DNA from: Thermoplasmata archaeon
Lineage (GTDB): Archaea > Thermoplasmatota > Thermoplasmata > Thermoplasmatales > GCA-001856825
DNA length: 64,000 bases
NCBI GenBank assembly: GCA_021792255.1
Contig: JAJYUZ010000005.1
Location: forward strand, 21,115 to 85,114
Direction of reading: 5' to 3'
Positions within the stretch are counted from its first letter, which is position 1. Each line of letters begins with the position of its first letter. The notes beneath the pieces are model-generated. The model searched no databases. It saw only the letters and a list, made by a program, of their open reading frames with translations, and had not been told where the DNA came from. Shown piece by piece: positions 1 to 9,222 of the stretch. The position numbers and the translations under genes are program-made.

Positions 1-103
1 GAATCACCAGCTCATTAAGGGGCACACCATTGTTGTTGACAATTGAACGAGTCAAAAAAGTATTTATTAACTCAAACGTTGCCGATAGAAGAGATGGTAG
101 TGA

Positions 104-781
104 TTGAGTAAGGAGAAAGCAGGCAGGACAGCCACTAAGAAAGTGAAGGACAAGTGGAAAGCAAAGAGTTGGTACACGATACTGGCCAACGATTCGTTTG
201 GAAAGAAAGAAATTGGCAGTTCGCCAGCTTCTTCGCCAGAAGAGATGGTGGGAAGGGTCTCGGAAGCTGCCCTTTCTGATATAACAGGAGATTACAAGCA
301 GAGTCACGTCAAGCTCTACTTCAGGGTAACTAAGACTGAGGGAGACAAGGCGTTCACGGAATTCGAGGGGCACAAGATAGACCAGGATTATATAAGAAGG
401 ATGATCCGGAGAAGGAAGACGAGGATCGACCTCACTGTGAATGGATTGACTTCCGATAACGTGAGCATCAAGATAAAGCCCATCATAGTTGTCGATAGGA
501 AGGTCATCAACAGTGTCGAGACTGGGATAAGGAACAAGGTTGCAGAATTCCTCAAAACCAAGGCAAGGGAGCAGCCCATCAGCCAGTTTGTAGTTTACAT
601 GTTTTCAACGCAGATATACAACGATCTTTACGATCAGATAAAAGTCATCTACCCGGCAAAGAAGATTGAGATCAGGGGTTCGGAGATTTTCGAACCAACG
701 AAAAAGATTGGGAAAGAAGTGAGAATAGAGAAAGAGCCGGTCGAAGAAGAGGAAGAAGGGTCTGAAGCCGGGGTGGCTTAG
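104..781 (+). CDS. rps3ae: 30S ribosomal protein S3Ae (eS1)
   Basis: N-terminal KDKWKAKSWY, GRVSE..LSDITGD, DYIRRMIRRRKTRID and IYPAKKIEIR are typical of archaeal S3Ae; TTG start; TTTATTAA at 63-70. Confidence 0.95.
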   Translation: MSKEKAGRTATKKVKDKWKAKSWYTILANDSFGKKEIGSSPASSPEEMVGRVSEAALSDITGDYKQSHVKLYFRVTKTEGDKAFTEFEGHKIDQDYIRRMIRRRKTRIDLTVNGLTSDNVSIKIKPIIVVDRKVINSVETGIRNKVAEFLKTKAREQPISQFVVYMFSTQIYNDLYDQIKVIYPAKKIEIRGSEIFEPTKKIGKEVRIEKEPVEEEEEGSEAGVA

Positions 782-856
782 TCGGTAGAGCGTCGGACTC
801 ATAGGGATTAAAACTGGGAAATCCGAAGGCCCCGGGTTCGATTCCCGGCCCCGGCA
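767..856 (+). tRNA. tRNA-Met (CAT), elongator type, with a 17-nt intron at 37/38 (804-820)
   Basis: Acceptor GCCGGGG/CCCCGGC plus discriminator A; anticodon stem TCGGA/TCCGA; CAT at 800-802; T arm CCGGG-TTCGATT-CCCGG; G1-C72 and no GGG/CCC anticodon stem, so not the initiator. Confidence 0.93.
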
Positions 857-1010
857 TCTTCAAAAAATGAGTTTGATAGTTGGAATCGATTCAATTCTGC
901 TGAGCAGTATCTCGTTTGACCATTACCCATTTTCTGCGGTCTTTCCCAAAAAAGAAATCCATTCTCTCAGGTAGATTTGTGGTATCAAGATAGGCGAAGT
1001 CAAATCTCGA

Positions 1011-2474
1011 TTGGTTATTCACTGGTCCACAGTAGCAAAAGATCCTCTCACAAAGAAAGGTTTAAGCATCTGGCGACTTTTATCAGCGTTGAGTGAACGC
1101 GAATCTACGCCACCCAGCGAGGGAACTTCGGAATCTCCCCTTAAAATGGAGGAGAGAAAGGGGGCTATCGCCAGGAGGATCTTTTCTACAATCTCAATTC
1201 TCCTTGTTCTCCTAGGAACCCCTCTGACAATCACGATCGGGTACTTGTTTCATACCGATTTCTCCGAAGTCTTTAAAATTTGGACTTACGTCACCATGTC
1301 GACTCTCTTAATCCTCTCGGTTTTCTCAGTCTTTGAAATGCTGAAGGAAGAAGCTAAGAGATCAGAGGAAAGGAATCTTACTGCGCTGAAGCGCGATCTA
1401 TTCTCTCTGTTTAGTTACAAGCACATCGTGATACCTCTTTTGGTCTTGTCAATTCTATCGGGATTGGGTTCAGTATCACACGTCTTTACTCCCATCTTTT
1501 CGCTTCAGCTGCTTTACACCGCCGTCGTGATCCTGATCTTTGAAACCATATTCCATTCTCTCTATCGATTTTGGCCGAGATTCTTGAAAGAAAACCTACG
1601 TCTAAGAAATGCAACACTTACACTTCTGGTCATTTTGGGCATATTCGTTTCCTTATTCGTAATTGGGATCGGTGCAGTGGAATTGATCTCTCTCGTTTTC
1701 GGTGGGATACTTCTGGTTGGCGGAATTGGGTTGGCATTCGTAGTGGATACAGTCGCTTCCGATCTCTCTCGTTCCCGTCTGCCGAAAAGGAAAGCGACCT
1801 ATGCTTCGTTCCTCGCATTCTTCTTATTGCTAGTCCTGTGGTTGCTGCTCTCATCAAATCTATTAAAGTACCTAGTCCTCCTTGCAAATGGATCCGGTGG
1901 AACTCTGGTCTCAAATTTGCTTGTTCACGATTTCCAATCTCTAACCTCTGGACTGAACATATCGCTGATTAGCGTCATAATGGCACTTGGTGCAGGCGCG
2001 ATCTATTTCGCTTATCTATTTTTCAAGAGGAGTTACGACAAAAGGCTAGAAAGGTTTGTCTTCCTGATGGTCTCATTGCCAGTCGCGGGTTTCATATTTC
2101 TGTACCTCGCGATCCTTGCAGACGGTGACTGGGTAGCAGCGACAACGTCCTCGGTCAGCGTGCTTTCCTCCTTCCTCCAAGTTATGCCATCGATTGTTCT
2201 GTTCGTAGTGGGGTACTCGCAGATCATCATTGAAGTCCCCAGAAAGTCCTCAAAAACGCTAATGCTTGAAGAAAATGAGTTCTTGGTCGCTCTGACCTGG
2301 CTGTTAGTTTTCTCAGCTATTTCTGAGTTTCTCAGCTGGCTCGTTTACGGCAAACCTGGATTATTCATCTTTGAGGTCGATATACTGCAGTGGTTTGGGA
2401 TTCCGATAGGGATTGCCCTGATCTCTGTCAATCATCTCAGAAGCAGAAGAAACAGCAGAACATCTCCAGGTTGA
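1011..2474 (+). CDS. Multi-pass membrane protein of unknown function (alternative start ATG 1146)
   Basis: 487-aa ORF with about 12 hydrophobic segments; no motif recognised. Confidence 0.75.
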   Translation: MVIHWSTVAKDPLTKKGLSIWRLLSALSERESTPPSEGTSESPLKMEERKGAIARRIFSTISILLVLLGTPLTITIGYLFHTDFSEVFKIWTYVTMSTLLILSVFSVFEMLKEEAKRSEERNLTALKRDLFSLFSYKHIVIPLLVLSILSGLGSVSHVFTPIFSLQLLYTAVVILIFETIFHSLYRFWPRFLKENLRLRNATLTLLVILGIFVSLFVIGIGAVELISLVFGGILLVGGIGLAFVVDTVASDLSRSRLPKRKATYASFLAFFLLLVLWLLLSSNLLKYLVLLANGSGGTLVSNLLVHDFQSLTSGLNISLISVIMALGAGAIYFAYLFFKRSYDKRLERFVFLMVSLPVAGFIFLYLAILADGDWVAATTSSVSVLSSFLQVMPSIVLFVVGYSQIIIEVPRKSSKTLMLEENEFLVALTWLLVFSAISEFLSWLVYGKPGLFIFEVDILQWFGIPIGIALISVNHLRSRRNSRTSPG

Positions 2475-2670
2475 ATGCTCCGACTTAGAACTGACTGAAT
2501 GCCAATATTCTGGGACTTTGTGTTCGGTATAGGAGAGAATGCCTGGTTGTCCAGCTAGAAGTTCATGGACTGAACTTTCACGTTGTGTCGGAAGGATAGA
2601 GATTCGGGGAGTTACTGTAAGCAGACATCTATGTGGATAGTCTTATATAACGGTTAAATAATTTAATCGA

Positions 2671-5565
2671 ATGAAAGAACAAAAACCCGTCATTATTCTT
2701 TTCACCATACTAATCACTCTTTTCGTAGTATCGACGGCCTTTTCTGGCGCAAATGTTTTTTCGTCTAAAACGAGTCCCCCCTTCAGTAGTACGTACCCTC
2801 AAGCAGAGCAGTCATCAAACTCGATCCATCAGCAATTATCAAGTCCAGCGGGGAATTTTTCTACCGGATTAAGGATGTCCGAGAGAAATTTCGCTCGACA
2901 GCTAAACTTTCTAAAGCAACAAAGTCACAGCTCTGTTCTCGCTTCTGCATACGGTCCCAGCTATGCAGGGTATAACTATTCTATCACCTTCAATGTGGTA
3001 AACCAAATACCTTCCGTTTCTTGGAGCCTCTACATCTATAATGACCTTGCTTCGGAAATTCCTGCGCTTCCCCTTTATGATACTCTCTACCATGTAAATG
3101 CCGGATTAATATACTCAAAATCGACCACCTCTTCTTCAATTACGGTCTCCCTGGCAGCCGGCACTTATTTCTATTATGCAGGTCCATCCTCAACGCTTCT
3201 GGGGGTGTACGAAATAAATGTGACGGGCACCCAATCCACAACAGTGACCCTTCCAACCTTCTATACTGCGACATTCAACGAAAAAGGACTGGCCAGCGGA
3301 TTGACCTGGGCCATTACCGCAAGTGCAAGTCAGCCAAATGGGAAAGCTGCGATCCTGTACCAGAGTTCATCATCCTCCTCCATCTCTGCTTATCTTCCCA
3401 ACGGCCTATATTCGTTAGGATACAGCATAGGATCTGCGTTCATCGAAAGTTCGCCCTTCGCGATTTCAACGGGGGGCGTAACGGAGCAAATAACGATACC
3501 CTCTCTGACTCAAGTAACATTCCAGGAGTCTGGTTTACCATTGGGAACGAGCTGGGGGCTATTTGCATTTGGAATTTCCAGTGCCGCTTCCTCTGTGCTC
3601 TACATCAACCTATCCATGTCATCGTCAAGCATGGCTTTGCTACCTGAAGGAACGTACTACCTTACTTACAGCGCGTATGGGGTATCGCTAGGCTCAAGCA
3701 AAACTCTCTGCGTAGATGCAACTTCAAGCACGGTGAGCGTAAGATTCCCACCTATGTACCTGGTAAAGTTTACTGAAACGGGGCTTAGCAGCGGGTTCAG
3801 CTGGAATGTGGAAGTTGGCAACAATACACTCAGCGCGGAAAGCTCGACTTACACCTCAACAATCAATATGCATCTTCCGGAGGGAAGCTATTATTACGGG
3901 GCCGGAGAAGATGGTTCATATATAGTCTCTGGGTCCTTCAACGTGACCGGAAATGGGACTGCCGAAGGCATCACCTTCCCCACGGTTCACCAAGTTGTAA
4001 TCAGAGAGAGCGGTCTTCACTCGGGATTCGAATGGTCGCTCTCGGTGATGAGTTCGTCTTTCAGCGCTTTCTCAAATCAAACGACCGCGTCGTCCTTCAC
4101 CATTTATCTCCCAAATGGGCAATTTAACTATACTTACTCAGAGTCTCTGTCTTCCTTTTACCTCTTCGGTTTTACACTATCTGAGGATGTTACATCGTCA
4201 GGTTATTCATTTAACGTTACCGGCTCATCCCTCGGCGTTTCCTTGGAATTTCCGATGTTGTCTACAGTAACTTTCTCTCAAGCAGGGCTTAAGACAAGCC
4301 GCACTTGGGGGATAGATGTGTTTAACGAAAACCTAACAGGCTTCAGCGAGTCTTATGCAAATCGCACACTCTCTTCCTATTCCATGGTTGCATACCTGTT
4401 CAACGGCACATTTACTTATTCAGCTGTTGTTGGAGGTGCATATTTCTCATCTAACTCAACGTTCAACGTGACGGGCACATCGATGAGCGAGAGCGTGCAT
4501 TTCCCTCAGCTTTACACAGTAATTTTTGCCGTGGCGGGTCTTCCTACGTGCGCAACCACGACCATTGACGTCTATCCAGAAAATTCCTCTCTCCCTCTGG
4601 GCTACACTAACTCTACAGAGTCATCGAGCATTACCGCATACCTTCCTAACGGAACCTATGCGTATACAATTTATCTGTCAAACGGCGCAATGCTAAGTTC
4701 CACATTCACAGTCTCAGGCAAATCTGAAACGGTGACCGTCAGCCTGTCTGCAACCTACGCAGTCACTTTCTCCGAAACGGGATTACCGACCGGGACTCTA
4801 TGGTCCGTGGATCTTAACGGTAGCTATAACAGCTCTACCTCTTCATCCCTCGAATTTTTAGAATTTAACGGCACCTATGACTTCAGCGTTTATGCCAGCG
4901 GGTTCACTGCAAACGTGTCATCGGGAAATGTCAGCATAACGGGAGCACCTGAGTATGTATATGTGGCCTTCACTCAAACATCCAATGTGACCTGGGGCAT
5001 TACATTCAATGAAACTGGTTTGCCGGCGGGGTACGAATGGAACATCAGCATTCAGGAAATAACCGCCTTCGTCGATATCTTTAATGGTTCGACTCTGACT
5101 TCATTAAGCTTCACATTCGAAGAGCCAAACGGAACTTACGAATATAGCGTGAATGCTAGCGGATACATAGCATCTCCCGCAATGGGCAACGTGACAGTAA
5201 ATGGTGCAAATGAATACGTATCGATACAGTTTAGCAAGATCATCTACTTCACAGGAACACTATCGCCTTCCAACGCATCCCTCTACATCGACGGTCAGCT
5301 GATACCGACGGTGGGAGGGGTTTTCAATGTCACCCTTACCGCAGGCCAAACATACGAAATAGAAGTGACTTCCCCTGGTTACAAGCCCTATTATGTGAAC
5401 GAGAGTGTTTCGGCAACCACACATTTTTCTTCGCTTTCGGTAAAGCTCAGTAAAGTGGCGCCTCCAGCTCCCCTCTCCAGCACATATGTTCCGATCATCG
5501 TTGTAGTCGTAATTGTGCTGATCGGAGCAGTAGCCGCGTTCGCCATGAGGGCAAGGAGAAGATGA
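2671..5565 (+). CDS. Secreted, C-terminally anchored surface glycoprotein made of tandem Ig-like repeats (thermopsin C-terminal type)
   Basis: Signal peptide; about 9 repeats of F.E.GL..G..W......LPNG.Y.Y; many N-x-S/T sequons; C-terminal TM helix plus RARRR; TTATATAA 28 nt upstream. Confidence 0.85.
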   Translation: MKEQKPVIILFTILITLFVVSTAFSGANVFSSKTSPPFSSTYPQAEQSSNSIHQQLSSPAGNFSTGLRMSERNFARQLNFLKQQSHSSVLASAYGPSYAGYNYSITFNVVNQIPSVSWSLYIYNDLASEIPALPLYDTLYHVNAGLIYSKSTTSSSITVSLAAGTYFYYAGPSSTLLGVYEINVTGTQSTTVTLPTFYTATFNEKGLASGLTWAITASASQPNGKAAILYQSSSSSSISAYLPNGLYSLGYSIGSAFIESSPFAISTGGVTEQITIPSLTQVTFQESGLPLGTSWGLFAFGISSAASSVLYINLSMSSSSMALLPEGTYYLTYSAYGVSLGSSKTLCVDATSSTVSVRFPPMYLVKFTETGLSSGFSWNVEVGNNTLSAESSTYTSTINMHLPEGSYYYGAGEDGSYIVSGSFNVTGNGTAEGITFPTVHQVVIRESGLHSGFEWSLSVMSSSFSAFSNQTTASSFTIYLPNGQFNYTYSESLSSFYLFGFTLSEDVTSSGYSFNVTGSSLGVSLEFPMLSTVTFSQAGLKTSRTWGIDVFNENLTGFSESYANRTLSSYSMVAYLFNGTFTYSAVVGGAYFSSNSTFNVTGTSMSESVHFPQLYTVIFAVAGLPTCATTTIDVYPENSSLPLGYTNSTESSSITAYLPNGTYAYTIYLSNGAMLSSTFTVSGKSETVTVSLSATYAVTFSETGLPTGTLWSVDLNGSYNSSTSSSLEFLEFNGTYDFSVYASGFTANVSSGNVSITGAPEYVYVAFTQTSNVTWGITFNETGLPAGYEWNISIQEITAFVDIFNGSTLTSLSFTFEEPNGTYEYSVNASGYIASPAMGNVTVNGANEYVSIQFSKIIYFTGTLSPSNASLYIDGQLIPTVGGVFNVTLTAGQTYEIEVTSPGYKPYYVNESVSATTHFSSLSVKLSKVAPPAPLSSTYVPIIVVVVIVLIGAVAAFAMRARRR

Positions 5566-5693
5566 GCAAAGAGAGGGAAAACCTTATTTTAATTTCATTA
5601 AATTTTTGTTTTGTCTGAAAGGTCTCATCGCAGGAAGTCTTCCTGACTTCTCGCGGGCAACCAGAGAAATCGAAAGCCTGATGGAAAAATAGC

Positions 5694-6977
5694 CTATTGC
5701 TTATCCTTCAGAGTCTTCAAAAGAGTCTCCTTCAGTCGAGGATTCCGAATTATTTCAGTCAGCACGTCCTTAAGGATCCTGTCCTTGAAGTTCGGATCGA
5801 AATCCTTCAAAAGTTCTTTGGCGCTACTATCAGTTACCGACGGCTCTATCGTAGCAGTCTTGATCTCGTTTCCCTTGTTTCCAGACTCGATGGTCTCACT
5901 CTTATCCAGTGGAGCACCGCATCTGAAGCAGTAGTTGCCTATCGATGGATTTTCTGCCCCACATTTCATGCATATTTTAGGCACCGCCTGAATAGTCTTC
6001 GTCTTTTCACTTTTCTGTCTTTCAATTCCATAGACCTTCAGAACAGCATCGTCTACCTGTTCATCGCTCAAATTTACGTAAACCCTCGACATCCTGGAGC
6101 CATGAACCCACCCCATCGTCGCCTCTAGTGGGGCCTCCTTTAAGTCTTTGGCTAAAATGGTCGCTCTCGTGTGCCTGAATAGGTGAGGGTGGATTCTTCT
6201 CTTAATACCAGCTCTCTTGCTAACCTTATAGAACATCATGTTCACATCATTCCACTTTAAGGGTCCACCTCCCTTTATCTGAATGAAGAAAAAATCGTCT
6301 GGTATGCTTCTATTGAATTTGTCCTTGTACTGAAGTGTCAAAGGTACGCTCCTCCCTATAACTCTGACCTTCCTTACTCCTGTCTTTCCCTTAACAGTTA
6401 GTTTCATTCCATAATCATCGAACTCTAGATCCTTGACTCTTAACGTTAACAGTTCGCCTATTCTGCATCCAGAATCATAGAGCATCGATACAAGGGCCTT
6501 GTCTCTCTCGTTTCGACTTGCACCCAGAAGCTTGTCTAGCTCCTCCACCGTCACTATATCCTCTGGTTTCTTGTCCTTAGCAGGATGCAAATTCAGTTTC
6601 AGTCCACTGACCGACTCTTCATACTTTCCCTCAGCGTGAATGCGATAGAATTTCTTCAAAGTCATGTAGATGCCGTTCATAGTACTATCTGCGTAATTGC
6701 TGTCTTTCCTGGTCTTAGCAGCTTTGAGTTTTAATACCGCCAGTCTGATATCTTGCTTTGTTGGGTGCAGGAATGAATCTCCCATAACACGAGCAATTAG
6801 CTTTAGCCTCGTGATGTAAAAGTACTGCATGTGATGGGACAAGTTGTCCATCGAAAGACTGTCAATAAAATCTAGAATGGATTTTTTAACAGCAGGGCTG
6901 AGAGATTCCTCCTGATTTAAACGGCTTTTACTCTGTTGTAGGAGTACCTCTATATTATAAACACTATCCCCCTCCAT
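5694..6977 (-). CDS. Tyrosine recombinase/integrase with C-terminal zinc ribbon
   Basis: Catalytic set intact: SGCRIGE (R), KGKTG (K), HLFRH (HxxR), MGW, RVY (Y); C-terminal CMKC...CFRC. Confidence 0.92.
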   Translation of the reverse strand: MEGDSVYNIEVLLQQSKSRLNQEESLSPAVKKSILDFIDSLSMDNLSHHMQYFYITRLKLIARVMGDSFLHPTKQDIRLAVLKLKAAKTRKDSNYADSTMNGIYMTLKKFYRIHAEGKYEESVSGLKLNLHPAKDKKPEDIVTVEELDKLLGASRNERDKALVSMLYDSGCRIGELLTLRVKDLEFDDYGMKLTVKGKTGVRKVRVIGRSVPLTLQYKDKFNRSIPDDFFFIQIKGGGPLKWNDVNMMFYKVSKRAGIKRRIHPHLFRHTRATILAKDLKEAPLEATMGWVHGSRMSRVYVNLSDEQVDDAVLKVYGIERQKSEKTKTIQAVPKICMKCGAENPSIGNYCFRCGAPLDKSETIESGNKGNEIKTATIEPSVTDSSAKELLKDFDPNFKDRILKDVLTEIIRNPRLKETLLKTLKDKQ

Positions 6978-7250
6978 CTAGTAATACGATAACAATTCAC
7001 TATAAATGTGATTCCGCATGACAATCATGTACTGGATACTCCAATTCTGCTTAGGAGAATCTTAGGTTTTATAACTCTCTTCATTAAGAACAGACAACAT
7101 TTCTGCCTTCCGTGAATCATTCCGTCAATCCCCTGGCGTTCTATTTCTTTATACAGTAAAAGTAAAGTCTGCGGCTCGCTCAGTCTATCCCACTATCTAG
7201 CGAGATCAAATGAGGTAAACAGTTCTGTGACTCTAAATGGTCCAGTAATG

Positions 7251-7664
7251 TCACAGCGAAATCACTTCGAGACCGATATCCCTTATTTCATTCCTCTTTT
7301 CTGCAAATTCCATATCGAGAGTCACAAAAGTATTGGCACGGATAACCATACTTGCAGACAAATGTAAAAGATCCAACGTGCGCATCCTTATCTTGTAAGC
7401 AATTTCTTCGGCATTCACGAAGACCGAATCCATGTCAACCTCGGGGACTGCTATGTTTAAGACTTGCAAATATTCCTCATAAGCTTGAATTTCGTTTTCG
7501 CTTAGTTTAGTTGTTCTTGAGAGAACTGATTTTAACTCCAGAACTGCGACTTTAGATGTGACCATATCTTTCATCTTGTCCAGTGCTTCAGATGCTTTGG
7601 AGTGATTTGAATCATTCTCATTCAAAATGGCCAGTATCAAGTTTGTATCAATATAATTGATCAT
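7251..7664 (-). CDS. vapC: VapC PIN-domain toxin
   Basis: YIDTN, ELKSVL, RTLDLLHLSA, FVTLD; ATG at 7664 overlaps the upstream stop (ATGA). Confidence 0.85.
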   Translation of the reverse strand: MINYIDTNLILAILNENDSNHSKASEALDKMKDMVTSKVAVLELKSVLSRTTKLSENEIQAYEEYLQVLNIAVPEVDMDSVFVNAEEIAYKIRMRTLDLLHLSASMVIRANTFVTLDMEFAEKRNEIRDIGLEVISL

Positions 7665-7912
7665 TCCCTCTCCTTGATCGAGATTGTAGAAAGGTCTTTC
7701 GGTAATTCGGGAAGCCCGTGTTTTAACCATTTCTTTACGACTTCTTTCCCCTTTTCCTTCCGCTCTACTACTTTTTTAGCGTTTGGAATGCCATCCCTCA
7801 TAATGATTCTTACAGCATCTGCTTTGTTTCTTGCCAATTTGTAACGTAGCAGTTTCTCCACAAGGTCGGAAATTTCTTGTTCAACTCTTATGGTGATTAC
7901 ATCTGCTTTCAT
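7661..7912 (-). CDS. VapB-type antitoxin (ribbon-helix-helix-like)
   Basis: 83 aa; VITIRV strand followed by helices and NKADAVR; translationally coupled to the PIN gene. Confidence 0.75.
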   Translation of the reverse strand: MKADVITIRVEQEISDLVEKLLRYKLARNKADAVRIIMRDGIPNAKKVVERKEKGKEVVKKWLKHGLPELPKDLSTISIKERE

Positions 7913-8023
7913 TTGATTTCTAATGTTTTCACAATATAAATAGCCATCTAAAACAAGGATCTCTGCATATCTCTCTAATTTCTCTGCATCTTTGGGTCTA
8001 GTTAAACTAACATAATCTTAATT

Positions 8024-8452
8024 TTATTTAGTTCCAATCTCTTTTAGTCCAATGCGCTCTATTTCTTTCAGATTATCGAAATCCCGGTCATCTGTTATAA
8101 TTTTCTTAATGCGTCTTCCGATGGCAGAAGCAAGGTGTATGGCGTTCCTGGGTTTTATATTGTACTTTTCCCTCATAAGTTGGCTCCTTCTCATGACATC
8201 TTCGTCCATAATGATAAACCGAAGTCCTGGGTAGTTCATGAACTTCCGTCCTGTTTCAATGGCGTCCGTTCTGCCTAATAATTTCTCAACAACGTGGGAT
8301 ATCTCATCCCAAGTGAGTGTTGAAGTATATGCCTGTATATCCCCTTTTTCAATTGATAAGATTACCTCTCTGGAGAATTCAACCTCCGGCAGGTCTTGGT
8401 AAAGAACCGGATTAAGAAAAATATTGGAATCAACGTAGTAAATTCCTTTCAT
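8024..8452 (-). CDS. vapC: VapC PIN-domain toxin (third acidic residue D->N)
   Basis: YVDSNIF, WDEI, PRNAIHLASA, IITDDRDFD; probable start ATG at 8452. Confidence 0.85.
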   Translation of the reverse strand: MKGIYYVDSNIFLNPVLYQDLPEVEFSREVILSIEKGDIQAYTSTLTWDEISHVVEKLLGRTDAIETGRKFMNYPGLRFIIMDEDVMRRSQLMREKYNIKPRNAIHLASAIGRRIKKIITDDRDFDNLKEIERIGLKEIGTK

Positions 8453-8684
8453 ATTCTTCATCCAGGATCTTCTTGATATCAACCTTCTGTTTGAGCTTTT
8501 TTGCATAAGTGGATGTGAAGAAATCCGTGTATGACACCGATAGCGGGGCTGACCGGCTAATCACAACTTCACTACCTCTTAGGTCTACCAGCACTTCAGA
8601 GAACTCCTTAATTCCAAGTTTATCCCTAATATCTTTCGGTATCACGATTTGTCCCTTTGGTCCAATTTTCATTCGCTTTTCCAT
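8430..8684 (-). CDS. AbrB/MazE-family antitoxin (VapB)
   Basis: KIGPKGQIVIPKDIRDKLGI is the canonical AbrB/SpoVT motif; overlaps vapC. Confidence 0.88.
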   Translation of the reverse strand: MEKRMKIGPKGQIVIPKDIRDKLGIKEFSEVLVDLRGSEVVISRSAPLSVSYTDFFTSTYAKKLKQKVDIKKILDEEYERNLLR

Positions 8685-8687
8685 TTT

Positions 8688-8707
8688 ATAGTTATATGTA
8701 TAACTAT
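8688..8707. promoter_or_regulatory. Perfect inverted repeat, probable autoregulatory operator of the AbrB-vapC operon
   Basis: ATAGTTATA-TG-TATAACTAT, 4 nt upstream of the antitoxin start codon. Confidence 0.55.
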
Positions 8708-9179
8708 TATTTATACTACACTCTCTGGTATTCTAAGATGTTTCCTAGACCCAAAACAATTATCATGGTTTTTCTAAGTTTGAGCGATGCGTTTTCGGTT
8801 TCGGGATAATCAAGTTGTTTACAATTTAGATTTGCCTACTCCAGGGTATTGCGGAGGTCAGCTCTAGGGTGATGATATCACTACCTTGCCACAGATTAAT
8901 GATTAACATCCGTACCATAAGAAGACAAAAATCTACAGGACTACGAAGCAGAATTGAAAAGATAGAAACTTCAAAAGGGATGAAAAGTGCGATATTGCAC
9001 TTTATTTTTGAACTGAGATATGTAACGAGGCTGTTCCCAAAACGTTTAAAAGGGAAATGTATGACAATTTTCAGTTTCAAAACAGACATTAGCATTTGTA
9101 AAGTTTATTTCCCTGTTAAATATTTGGAATTTCCAGTCGTCTGAAAAATGTCATATTATGGAAGACAAATCCATGATGC

Positions 9180-9214
9180 TTAAATAGTATGGTTCTTCTC
9201 CTAAAGTTGGAGGT
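9180..9214 (+). promoter_or_regulatory. TATA-like box and Shine-Dalgarno of the major surface-protein gene
   Basis: TTAAATA at 9180-9186; GGAGGT at 9209-9214; ATG at 9223. Confidence 0.55.
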
Positions 9215-9222
9215 TTTTAATA

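Noticed and set aside
767-856. tRNA-Ile2 (CAT) or initiator identity, or the two tRNA-Met genes as an attL/attR pair
   Set aside because: The acceptor stem and 37/38 intron fit the elongator Met; the two tRNAs have different sequences and both are complete genes
672-863. 63-aa minus-strand ORF (and the 69-aa ORF at 63681-63890)
   Set aside because: Both are antisense shadows of tRNA genes
8826-9144. Overlapping 89-91 aa ORFs upstream of the surface-protein gene
   Set aside because: No motifs, mutually antisense and AT-rich; more likely regulatory DNA
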